A stretch of 64,000 nt of DNA from Octopus bimaculoides (taxonomy: Eukaryota), in contig NC_068981.1 of NCBI RefSeq assembly GCF_001194135.2, forward strand, positions 84,198,512 to 84,262,511. Direction: 5' to 3'. This document shows, piece by piece, positions 38,013 through 50,140 of the stretch. Below the pieces are notes generated by a model. The model did no database searches, was not told the DNA's origin, and saw nothing but the letters and a program-made list of their open reading frames with translations. Within the stretch, counting starts at the first letter, position 1. Each line of letters opens with the position of its first letter. Both the position numbers and the translations under genes were made by a program.

Positions 38013-39975
38013 TGCAATAATAACGGCAACCCAATAAAGACAAGAAAACAAGAAAATGGAAAGAAAATACAGAGGCAAAGAAGAGGTGGGAAGAAAAGAA
38101 TAAGACGAAGGAGCGTCAGTAACAACAACTATTGAGATTTAACTAGAACGGCAGAGGTTAGAGGTTTTAAACAGTTCAAAGTATTTACAAGAAATTATGT
38201 CAATATTGTTTAAATTTTTATCTGCATTGATTTGATGGCTATAGATATATCTTTATTTATGTTCTAGAATATAATGGTGGAGACGTGGAAGAAAGAAAAA
38301 CGTAAGAGTTAAAGGATAGTTAACTTCAAATTTTCTTTTTTTTATTTCGTTTTGTCTTCTTTCTTTACATCCTACACACTAATTCTTTAGCTTACGTTCC
38401 CATTTTATATTTCTGCCTGTCTTTATACGCGCAAAAACGCGGGCGCCGCACCCACACGCACGCACACATACACATGCACACACACTCGATTCCTTGCACA
38501 TACACACCCAACAAAACATAATGCTCTTTCTTTCTCTCTTTCCCTCTCTGTCTCTCTCTTTTCTTCATATACACACTGAGGAACAGAGCAAAGCAATTAT
38601 ACAGCCACCACTCCATATACATACTCTATCTCGTTGTTCTTTTAACTTTTAATTTCCTATTTCTATATCAACATATATCTCCAAACAATGAGTAAGAGTA
38701 TGCCGTTCTGTTGTCATGGTCTCGGATCATTAACCCCTCTCACTCCATCCCTCCCCTCCCCCTCTCTCCCTCTATCTATCTGTCTATTTATATCTTACCT
38801 TTTACTCACTTCTTCATGTATATATACATACGCGCCCGGACACACACGCACACACACACACACGCACACACACGCACACACACGCATGCATATATATATA
38901 TATATATATATATATGAATGTATGAATGTATGTATATATATACATATATGTATGTGTGTGTATAAATATATATATATCTGTGTATGTATATATATGATAT
39001 AGAGAGAGAGACACAGAGAGGGCGATGTATGTATGCATACGCATACATATATATGAATGTATGTATGAATGTATGTATATATATACATACATATATATGA
39101 GTGTGTATAAACATATATATCTGTGTATGTACATATATATGATATATATGGAGAGACACACAGAGAGAGCGGTGTATGTACGCATGTATGCGTGTATGCA
39201 TGCCAACATGTATGTATGTATGTATTATGGGTACGTATCTCTCTCCCGTTTGTCCTAATACGCCCCTAACAATTTTTTGACCTCCTATTATTCCCATATT
39301 TGATGCAGTTATCTTGATTATAAATCGATCCCTCCCCATTTCTCCTTCCCTTTGCTTACTCTCTTAATGTACATTATCCCTTCTACTTCCCTTTCAATGA
39401 CCAATATTTGGCTTTTCCCCGTTACAAAAAGCAAATAAGTATCCGTCTATCTCGTTCCTTTGTTTTACCTATCTGAATATTCAAAACTAATAATAACATC
39501 TTTAATACGAAGACAAATACTAAAACAATGCCCGTAGCGCCAATAACCTCAACAACAATAAGAGCACACAGTAAATGACATGAAGATCATTAACTACAAA
39601 CATCAATCAATATTACCAACAGTTAGTTGGAAAACATCAAAAGCATTCATACTGATAAAAATGACACCCCGAACAAGAGTAATAACAAAACTTACAACAT
39701 GTTTGATTGAATTAACATCACCATCATCAACACTAAGATGTTAATATCAGTCCACTTAATATCCTTCTTCATTATCATAAACGACGTCAGTGACAAAAAT
39801 TTCAGACTTAATCTCGACACGCATACAAAAAAAAAAAAAATGAATACCGTGAATTTATAAAAGAAAGAGGAAAATTATTTCAAATTAAGAAAACGAAAAG
39901 TATGAGTGAACTCTGATAGGCGTGTGAGGTAGACCACGGGTGGTATATAAATGTATGTATGTATGTATTATGTAT

Positions 39976-40008
<33 letters not shown>

Positions 40009-40803
40009 CATAGATGCATATATATACATATATGTTTATACATACATACATACATATATATATTTATATACACACACAAACACATACATATATATATAAA
40101 CTTAGTAGATAGACAGCTGACAACTGATGAAGAATAGTTTCTCTGTATTTACTTGTCCTGTTTTCCATTTTTTTCTCTCGTTGTTTGCGTATTTAATTCG
40201 TTTGTTTTCGTATTTCATGTTGTTTATACAGTTGGTGATATCCTGTACCCATATATGCATATATATATTTTTTTATATCATTATTTATTTGAACATCATG
40301 CAAAAATTTCCATGTAAGTATATATATATATATATATNNNNNNNNNNNNNNNNNNNNNNNNNNNNNNNNNNNNNNNNNNNNNNNNNNNNNNNNNNNNNNN
40401 NNNNNNNNNNNNNNNNNNNNNNNNNNNNNNNNNNNNNNNNNNNNNNNNNNNNNNNNNNNNNNNNNNNNNNNNNNNNNNNNNNNNNNNNNNNNNNNNNNNN
40501 NNNNNNNNNNNNNNNNNNNNNNNNNNNNNNNNNNNNNNNNNNNNNNNNNNNNNNNNNNNNNNNNNNNNNNNNNNNNNNNNNNNNNNNNNNNNNNNNNNNN
40601 NNNNNNNNNNNNNNNNNNNNNNNNNNNNNNNNNNNNNNNNNNNNNNNNNNNNNNNNNNNNNNNNNNNNNNNNNNNNNNNNNNNNNNNNNNNNNNNNNNNN
40701 NNNNNNNNNNNNNNNNNNNNNNNNNNNNNNNNNNNNNNNNNNNNNNNNNNNNNNNNNNNNNNNNNNNNNNNNNNNNNNNNNNNNNNNNNNNNNNNNNNNN
40801 NNN

Positions 40804-40835
<32 letters not shown>

Positions 40836-40849
40836 TATAAAGTACCAGA

Positions 40850-41020
40850 AATAAGGACGGTAAGGCTGGGGAATCGTAGGATCGTTAGATTTGCGTTATT
40901 TCCTCCGAATATTTAAGCTCTGGTTTCAAAGCCTGCTTGGGGTCAAGCTCGCTTTTCATCCTTCAAGAGTCGATTTAATAAAGTTCCTCAAAATTTATGG
41001 CCTTTTGCTTAAATTAATAA
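40850..41020 (+). mobile_element. SINE family A, very diverged and deleted
   Basis: GGTTTCAAAGCC...GGTCAAGCTCGCTTTTCATCCTTCAAGAGTCGAT. Confidence 0.5.
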
Positions 41021-41370
41021 CATTTATAGAATGCTGAGTAAATACACTTTCGTTAAATCTATATGCAATAGATAACTGTAAACACCTTGTCTTTTTATAT
41101 GATAACTTACTGGAAAGAAAGTTAGTTTTGTCAACCAGATTAGTTTCAATCCCGTATTGGAAATATAATCAACGACAAAGTAAACTCTTTGAAGGGGCCA
41201 CAGAAACAATTCGTATAAACTCACCATAAGGGCTTTCGTAAATAGGTAAGAATGACATGCATATATAACTTATCCTCGGGAACTAGTTCGAGAAATAGAT
41301 TACAGTATTTTATTTCAATGCTATTCTGTACTGGAGCATAAATTCATAAGTTTCTACCCATATACTATGT

Positions 41371-41749
41371 TGTTGGCACTCCGTCGCTTACGAGGTCGAG
41401 GTTTCCAGTTGGTCCAATCGATGGAACAGCTTGCTCGTGAAAATAACGTGCAAGTGGTTGAGCACTCCACAGACACGTGTACCCTTAACGTAGTTCTCGA
41501 GGATATTCAGCGTGACACAGTGTGACAAAGCTGGCCCTTTGAATTACAGGCACAACAGAAATAGGAAGTAAGAGTGAGAGAAAGTTCTGGTGAAAGAGTA
41601 CAGCAGGGTTCGCCACCATCCCCTGCCGGAGTCTCGTGGAGCTTTGGGTGTTTTCGCTCAATAAACACTCAAAACGCCCGGTCTGGGAATCGAAACCACG
41701 ATCCTATGACTGCAAGTCCGCTGCCCTAACCACTGGGCCATTGCGTCTC
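41371..41749 (-). mobile_element. SINE family C, full length, 14-bp TSD (one mismatch)
   Basis: CCCATATACTATGT (41357-41370) and CCCATATAATATGT (41750-41763). Confidence 0.95.
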
Positions 41750-42860
41750 CCCATATAATATGTAATACGTAGATAAAAGTAACTTGATTTCAAATACCAT
41801 ATCTCCGAGAACAGAATAAGTAGGACCAACCGGCTTAGTTTCAATTCTGTGTTAGTATTTCATTGCCCACTGAGTACCGTCATTAATTATTCACAGGCAC
41901 ATTGTTTATAATTCCACTATCTACTGTTTATTTAGGCTTAGAAACTATAGTGAAATCTAAAAGGGTAAATTAATTCAGGAAGTTAATATTTTGAGTTTTT
42001 ATGAATTTAGTGGAAATGACTGACGAACGCTCACAGATTTTTCCACTAGTCTTTCGTATGTTTAGGCCTGCCATGCTGTAGTATTGTTTGCGTTTAAAAC
42101 AATGCGTTGATAATTCTAGATAATTTCTCGGCCCACGCAATGTAACAATCCCTTAAGGTACCCTATCACCTCTAAAATGAGAACCATATAGTAAAAACTT
42201 ACAATGCGTGACACTCTACAAACATGAGAGACAGGATACTCACAGCTTGAACATTGATTAAACCATGAAGAATTACATGATTTCCTCGCCTTGTTTTGTT
42301 TTTATGGGAACGGATTTTGGTGAATGAATTTCTTTCTCAGTTAGTTGCAGAAATAAACAAGACTGTTGGAATATGAAACATGAATACCAAACGTTATAAA
42401 AAGGTTGTGATTTGCTTATTAAATGTTCTTATTTGATTCAATGCTTTTACACAAGCGGGTCATAGCTCAGCAGTCAACACCAAGAGTATTTTCGTTTAAT
42501 TATTTTATCAAGTGCAGTTAACCGTATTTTCTTAAGTATTGCCTTCAGGTACATTTGGTTTAAAGAAACCCAGCACTTGACAAATTAATTAGGTTTTCAA
42601 TTTGAAGGCTAAAATTTTGACATTAGCGGTATTCACACTAAAAACATGAGATAGTGGAAACAATATATACGTCATCATAATCTGCCGCACGCTCAGGCTG
42701 ATCGAAGCTTTGTGAATGAATCGCAGAGACCCATGATGTGTGTGTGTGTGTGTTTGTGCGTGTGTGTGAGTGGTGTTTGTGTGTATCTGTTTTGTGCGTA
42801 TCTGTGTACGTGAGTGTGACTGTGTATGCATATACACACACTCACATATCTATCTATATA

Positions 42861-42899
<39 letters not shown>

Positions 42900-43929
42900 C
42901 GCGTGTGAGATTACAATAAGAGTTCCAGCTAAAACATTCTACGTGAAATCACACCAATGCAACTTTTCACATACCCGCATCATAACAGGTCAGTTTATTA
43001 CAGCTTCATCTTTGAAGTTTATTTCATATAAACCCTTTGGAAGTGAAATCTTTTATCTATTTAATTAATTTTACTTATTTATTTATTTGTTCTTGAAACC
43101 ATCTCTTGTAGATTAGCGACCTAGTGACACATTTACCTATAAAACTGATAAGACATATGTCATATTCTTCAAAAGAGATTTAAAAGTATAACACCTCCCT
43201 TCTCAGCTCAATACGAGATCAAGTCCTCGTAACACTTATCTAAACAATCAATCGGGGCAAATACATTATACGTCGAAGCAACTTCGTCTAACTATCTTAC
43301 GATTTAGGTCAAAATACGATTGTAAAAATCACATACTACTAAATGGATCTCAAAATAGCGGATAGTTTGGGAATCTCTAGGGGTCACACGATTTGCTAGA
43401 AATAGCCACGAAGTATTCTTCAAATCCTGCCCTATCGCTCTAAAAGAAGAAACGACGCATTTGAATGTATTCTTAAACATAATTTATGAATAAAGAATTC
43501 ATTGGTCTTGTCACTCAGAATTGAATGGGTACTATGCAACGTCCAAAATGTTTCAAATAAATATTCCGCAGTTGTTGTTATATTGGTGATAAACAAGTTA
43601 TATCCATTTCTTAGCAGCAGAAAAAAATATTTTTGTCACAGCAAATCAACAATTGCAGCTTTCTAAACACTCAGACAATAAATCAATCATCGCAGACGAA
43701 ATAGCACTGAATTTGCTGTATTTATTTCACTTTAGTAGAACACTCGTCAAAGAGTTTTTTCATAGGCCGATCAAAAGCAACATTCACTTCAGATCAAATC
43801 ATTTTTATTGCAATTACTTTTAATCCTGAAATTCTCAAAATTCATTTAGTTTCTTAAAATACATTTAGTATGTTAAAATACATAAAAGTTCGTCTTAAAT
43901 AACCAACGAAAATGTCTCCTCTCTCTCTG

Positions 43930-43962
<33 letters not shown>

Positions 43963-44387
43963 GTATATGTATCTGTGAGTGCGTGTTTGTGTGCGTGTGT
44001 ATGTATGTGTATGTATGTGAGCGGAGGTGTGTGTGTGCGTGTGTGTGCGTGTGCGTGTGTGTGCGTGTGCGTGTGTGTGTGTGTGTCTTCTTTTTTATTC
44101 TTTTAGTCATCAGACTAAAGAAGAGACATAGACAAACATAGACACACATAGAGGGATACGCATGCGCAAATATAGACACATACAATAGGAATACAAAATA
44201 AAAAATGGCTGATCGTTAGTAAGAAGGGACACACAAATAAGAAAGAAGAACGCAAAGGAACAGAAGTGTGACAAAAGAACTCTGGCCGAAATACGATTAA
44301 TGTAATATAAAGCTGAAGCAAATTAACACCAAATATATAGCGCGTGTGTTTTTATTGGTTAAACCGGCAACATGACCATCCCCAAAT

Positions 44388-44418
<31 letters not shown>

Positions 44419-44419
44419 C

Positions 44420-44703
44420 TGTTGTAGTAAAAATGGTACTCTCCTTGCCACGTAATAAAGTGGTATGACGACCACTATAAATTCAGACAGTCAGTCGTTG
44501 TAGGAAGTCAGTAGTAGCAGAGTCGTTGTATGGGTTCTCAGCTGGAATCACGAGTTCGAGTTACCGTCAAGGTAGACGTTTCAATGTCATTGTCTTGCAG
44601 AGCTATCAGCGATAGCACGATAAACGAGTCAAAGATAATAAGACGCGGAATATCGCCAGAACATAACAGTGGCGATAAGAATATTACAGTGCTTACGATA
44701 ACA
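44420..44703 (+). mobile_element. Solo LTR-like element (TGTTG...TAACA), 284 bp
   Basis: TG..CA ends, TATAAA box, downstream AATAA, and similarity to 53646-53810; no clean TSD. Confidence 0.5.
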
Positions 44704-44819
44704 TACAAGTGGACAAGGATCAACATTATAACACAAACATACATACATAGATGCTCGCATACATACATATCCGTGTATGTGTCTTGGTGTATTATATATG
44801 TGTGTTGTGTACGTGTTTG

Positions 44820-44906
<87 letters not shown>

Positions 44907-45174
44907 CCACATACATGCATACACACACACACACGCACGCACACACACATACATATATATATGAATATTCCTGTGTTTATTGACGGTTATTTCTATAGTA
45001 AAACCATGATGAAAAGTTCTTCAGCTCTTATAATCAGAACCAACTTTGCAGGACCCTATCACAATTGTGTGACCCATTTAGTACTAGCTGATATATCTTA
45101 TTATAGAAAATATATACAAATATGCACGCACACAAGTACATCAACATAGACACAAAGGCGCGCGCGCACACACT

Positions 45175-45213
<39 letters not shown>

Positions 45214-45685
45214 TGAAGCTAATGTTTGACTAGCAGAGTTGACGCACTCCAGAACTTGTCTTCAAGTCGACAAGACAGATAGTGTTTGGTCTTTCAGTGT
45301 GTATCACTTACAGACCCATTCAATGTGAAAAACGGAAGAGTAAAAGAGAAAAAGGAGAAAAAAAAATAAGAGATCCAAAATTGTCTTCTGATAAAATACT
45401 TGAATTCGGTCCACCAGTGTTGATGGAATACAACATAGACGGTTGTTGGTTGAAATTGATATCTATGTTTGGGAAATGTAGAATGATATCTATATTATAA
45501 ATCATAAATTTAAATGTATTTTTGTATGTAACACGTATAATCTATCGACAAACCAAATACTTCCCCGTATGCATTTTGTATCATTAGTTTTCACTCGCTC
45601 CCTCGCTCTCTTTCTCTCTTTCACTCTTTCACTTACTATATAAAAATACGCGCGCGATCGAGTATGCGTCTATGCATGATAATAA

Positions 45686-46010
45686 GGTGAAGGCACGTGA
45701 CTTAGTGGTTTGGGTATTCGGTTCACGATCGTAAGGTCGCGAGTTCGATTCACAGCGGTGCATTCTGTCCTCGAGCATTACACTTTATTTCATACTTCTC
45801 CAGTTCATTCAGCTGGCGAAAGTGAGCAGCACCTGTATTTCAAAGGGTCATCCTTATCGCAATCTGTGTCACGCTGAATCTACCTCAGAACTACGTTAAG
45901 GGTTTGCGTGTCTGTGGAGCGCTCAGACACTTGCACGTTAATTTCACAAGCAGGCTGTTCCGTTGATCGGATTAACTGGAAACATCGTCGTGGTAAGCGG
46001 TGGAGTGCTA
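45686..46010 (+). mobile_element. SINE family D: different tRNA/CORE-like head with the family C long tail
   Basis: B box GAGTTCGATTC; from TTCAAAGGGTCA on it matches the C tail (GTGTCACGCTGAAT...CAGGCTGTTCCGTTGATCGG...GGAGTGC). Confidence 0.9.
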
Positions 46011-46183
46011 GTTATAAGGCTGTTCAACTGTCCATTCTTCATTAATACATACACGCTAACCAGCCAAGATCAATAGAAGTCAGTTGTATTTCTTAATACG
46101 CTCTGCCAGACTATCTATCTATCCCACCCTCTCTTCTCACAACTCCTTGCCATCTTGACTACATTCATTAAACCAGTGGTTTC

Positions 46184-46702
46184 TAACCTCTTTTACACCA
46201 CGGATCGGCTCCATGCCGGACAATCTGTCTGCGGACCGGTAGTGGTACATATGTGTAATTTAAGTGCAATTCGATAAAGTGAGCAATAATAAAAAGAGCA
46301 ATTTATTAAAGGGAAGTCAAACTGTATAATCTTTTGACTCTCATGTTTGAGCTCCAGCCTGGTCACACACTTGCGTGCTTAGTTTCCCTGAATCAACACC
46401 TATTACACTATTATCACATCAATATCAACTCACCATAATGTTGAATCAGTGGGAGCCCTGAGCTTGTTTTCCTGCAACTAGACGGTCCCATCTGGAAGTG
46501 ATGGGAGAATATGACACTCGAACTGTTTTCCTTATGTCTAATCTACTTCGTAATTTTGTTTCGGTTATTGACTCTGCAGTTAAACAAATCTTTTAAAATT
46601 AAAGTCCAGTATTCAATTTATCTATTATATAATTTAAAAAAAGATTTATTTCTTTGCGACCCGATAGCAAATGATCCGCGGCCCGGTGGTTGGGAACCCC
46701 TG
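46184..46702 (+). mobile_element. hAT (Charlie/Buster-type) non-autonomous element, 519 bp
   Basis: TIRs CAGTGGTTTCTAACC / GGTTGGGAACCCCTG, 8-bp TSD CATTAAAC/TATTAAAC, and a transposase C-terminal remnant on the minus strand, SPITSRWDRLVAGKQAQGSH* (46446-46508). Confidence 0.9.
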
Positions 46703-46999
46703 TATTAAACCGTCTGACCCAGTCCCCCGTTGATTGCAAGAGAGAATACACTCAAGATTTCAGAGACTGTACATGTCAATGATTACTAGATAGCTAGACT
46801 TACTGTTTTGACATTGATACTACGGTCGGCTAGGATTATACCGAGCATTTGAATTAGGTATTCCGGTCATTTGAACAACCGTCATAAACTACCACTTTTT
46901 GAACAATGAATATCATCTTATTATTTTAAAATGCCATTTGTGACTAAAATATACAATAGAATTACATATATGCATGTATACATGCATACATGTATATCC

Positions 47000-47200
47000 G
47001 TTATCTTTTACTTGTTTCCGTCATTGAATTAGTTCCACGCTGGGGCACTGCCTTGAAGTGATTTAGTTGATTAGATCGTCCCTAGTACTTATTTATAATG
47101 TCAAGCATTTATTCTATCGGCCCTTTATGCCGAACGACTGATGTAAGGGGACGTATATAAACCAAAGTCAGTTGCCAAGTGGTGGTGTGAGGACAAACAT
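47000..47200 (-). mobile_element. SINE family B tail
   Basis: TCTTTTACTTGTTTCCGTCATT...CACGCTGGGGCACTGCCTTGAAG...TATTCTATCGG. Confidence 0.75.
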
Positions 47201-47289
47201 AATTCTTTACTTATACGACACGCTCCTACTTAGCCATTCACTACGGCCACTTATTGCATTTCTTTTTACCTGATATTTAGCTATAAAAG

Positions 47290-47635
47290 AAGGTGACAGA
47301 ATCGTTAGAGCACCGGATAAAATGCCTTACAATACCTATTCCGACTCTTTAAGTTCTACCTTCAAATCCCACTGGAGTCAGCTTCGCTCTTCATCCCTCC
47401 GTCGTCGATAAAATAAAGTACCACTCAAGTACTGGTTCGATAGTGTCAAATAATCCCTCCACTCAAAACTATTCGCGTTGTGCCTAAATCTTAAACTAGT
47501 ATTTAGTCCTAAAGGGTAAGTGGGTTAGCAGGATCGCTTGCGCATTGCTCCCAAGGCATTGGAATATTTATTCTGGCACTGCGTTTCTGATTTCAAATCC
47601 CACCGAGGTCAAATTTACTTGTCACATTGCTGTGT
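47290..47635 (+). mobile_element. Tandem pair of diverged SINE A copies (about 47290-47500 and 47510-47635)
   Basis: Two A heads and two TTCAAATCCCAC B boxes. Confidence 0.7.
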
Positions 47636-47940
47636 TCTACAAGGTAAAATATTAGTCCAGTATTGATGTCACATTAAATGACTAAATTCTCTCAAAATCA
47701 GATTTCTTGATCATATATACTATAATGGAACTTACACTATGATTCGGGACGTGGGCTACTTTTTCGTATGTATNNNNNNNNNNNNNNNNNNNNNNNNNNN
47801 NNNNNNNNNNNNNNNNNNNNNNNNNNNNNNNNNNNNNNNNNNNNNNNNNNNNNNNNNNNNNNNNNNNNNNNNNNNNNNNNNNNNNNNNNNNNNNNNNNNN
47901 NNNNNNNNNNNNNNNNNNNNNNNNNNTATATATATACATC

Positions 47941-48616
47941 AGAAAATGGAGAAAACCTCAGATTAACAAACACTTTGGCTGGACCACATTTATAGCTTAT
48001 TTATTAATACAAAGCATGACATAACAAGCAGGTGACGTAACATATCTTACGGACGTTTCCGATCAGTTGCCAAAATGTGTATAAATAAATGCGAGAATAA
48101 AGTTCTCCATCTTTATAGGGCGTTCGAATTAAGGCACGGAGCTTCATCAGAGTTAAAAACAAGAGCATGCAATATAAACAAAGGGAAGAAGTAAAAGGAA
48201 AGAAAACATGTTCTAGACAAAGTCTAGAAGCCCGATATGTTAAGAGCATATAATTTACCAACTAGGGGCTACAAGGTCCGTAAGTAAAAATGTGAGCAAG
48301 CAGTGGTCTAGGGAATACTACTATTTATTAACGGGTGGATGCAATTTAAAGGGGAGGGCAGGATGTTTAGAAAAAGAAGTTATCAAGAAAATGTATATAA
48401 GGAAAATACTAACATGATTATCAAAGGGCAGTACCTATGCTAACGAAGTAAACTCAAGTAAATGTAAACAATTACCGTAGGGTGCTTAAGAAAGTTTACT
48501 CACAAAAGTTATTACCGAGAATCACACTATTGATGTGATTCTCGGTAATAATAAATAAGCTATAAATGTGGTCCAATCGATGTATTTGTTAATCTGTGGG
48601 TTCCTCCATTTTCTAT
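47941..48616 (-). mobile_element. PLE-like non-coding fold-back element: sense unit with hammerhead core plus an inverted copy of its 3' end
   Basis: About 70-bp imperfect inverted repeats (47941-48010 / 48547-48616), a perfect 18-bp hairpin at the inversion junction (48509-48551), and a hammerhead-like core inside. Confidence 0.55.
48047..48155 (-). ncRNA. Decayed minimal type-I hammerhead ribozyme
   Basis: Minus strand AACT-CUGAUGA-A-GCUCCGUGCC-(about 65 nt)-GGCAACUGAUC-G-GAAAC-GUC-CGU. The core boxes are intact; stems I and II carry several mismatches. Confidence 0.5.
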
Positions 48617-48738
48617 TTATTTGCAATGGTTCCTGATAAACTCTTGTTTATCTTGTTCTTATCTGTACTCTACGTCCATGGTGTGCCTGGATACCGATAG
48701 CATATACGGATATTTCATCCCTTAGTCAGTAATTGTAT

Positions 48739-48926
48739 GGAGGCGCAATGGCTCAGTGGTTAGGACAGCAAACTCGCGGTCGGAGGATCGCGGTTTCGAT
48801 ACCCAGACCGGGCGTTGTGTATGTTTATTGAGCGAAAACACCTAAGCTCCACGAGGCTCCGGCGACCCCTGTTGTACTCTTTCGCGCCAACTTTCTCTCA
48901 CTCTTTCTTCCTGTTCCTTGAGTAAC
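48739..48926 (+). mobile_element. SINE family C2, running into a gap
   Basis: GGAGGCGCAATGGCTCAGTGG A box, GTTTCGATACC B box and CTTCCTGTTCCTTGAG C2-type junction. Confidence 0.9.
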
Positions 48927-49236
48927 NNNNNNNNNNNNNNNNNNNNNNNNNNNNNNNNNNNNNNNNNNNNNNNNNNNNNNNNNNNNNNNNNNNNNNNNNN
49001 NNNNNNNNNNNNNNNNNNNNNNNNNNNNNNNNNNNNNNNNNNNNNNNNNNNNNNNNNNNNNNNNNNNNNNNNNNNNNNNNNNNNNNNNNNNNNNNNNNNN
49101 NNNNNNNNNNNNNNNNNNNNNNNNNNNNNNNNNNNNNNNNNNNNNNNNNNNNNNNNNNNNNNNNNNNNNNNNNNNNNNNNNNNNNNNNNNNNNNNNNNNN
49201 NNNNNNNNNNNNNNNNNNNNNNNNNNNNNNNNNNNN

Positions 49237-49275
<39 letters not shown>

Positions 49276-49576
49276 ATGTATGTATGTAAGTATATACTGA
49301 GTATGAGAAAAAGACAGAGAAGGGAAAGAGCGAGAGAATTAGATGGGTTGAATTATCTTTAACTGTCCACAGCATAGGTGTTACAAATGTGATCTAACTG
49401 CATTAGATTTATATTCAAATCTTTAAATAATACGGTGTCTGTGCGCGCGCTGACACAACACCTGCACATATGTATAATATCTCTATACATTATAGTATAT
49501 CTTGATATATTATTTTGCATTATATTTACAAGTGCACATAATGTAGAAATATCTATTTTCGTATATATATATATAT

Positions 49577-49640
49577 ATAAAGTGTAGTATATTGCCACTT
49601 AAGTGTGGCTGACCCCTAGGGGCAATATACTACACTTTAT
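49577..49640. repeat. Perfect 20-bp inverted repeat with a 24-nt spacer
   Basis: ATAAAGTGTAGTATATTGCC / GGCAATATACTACACTTTAT. Confidence 0.9.
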
Positions 49641-50103
49641 CGTGCAGTTANNNNNNNNNNCATACATACATACATACATACATACATACATACACACATA
49701 CGTACATACATAAACACATACATACATACATATATATATATATACATATAACTGTGTGTGTGTGAGTGTATGTGCGTACATGAGTGTGTTTGTGCGTGTA
49801 TGATTTTTTTTTCCTCATGTATTTATATGTATGCGTGCTTGTAACTAAGTTTGTATCTTTGTTGTACTAATCATCCTAGAATGTAAGAACACTTCATCAA
49901 GTTAAGTAGGCTGGCTGCTTAGAGGTATGTGAAATAATACAGTCACATTCAAGGGTGCCGTAAATTCCAACAACTGCCTCTTATAAAGATACTAAAATAT
50001 CCAGGATATTATCAGTCCTTATGAAAGTATACTAACCAGATGTTGGCTCTACAGAGAAACATAGACACACGTTCACACACACACACATACACATACACAC
50101 ACT

Positions 50104-50140
<37 letters not shown>

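Noticed and set aside
38905-39195. About 140-bp duplicated TA/TG/GA block
   Set aside because: It is a low-complexity slippage or assembly duplication with no further signal.
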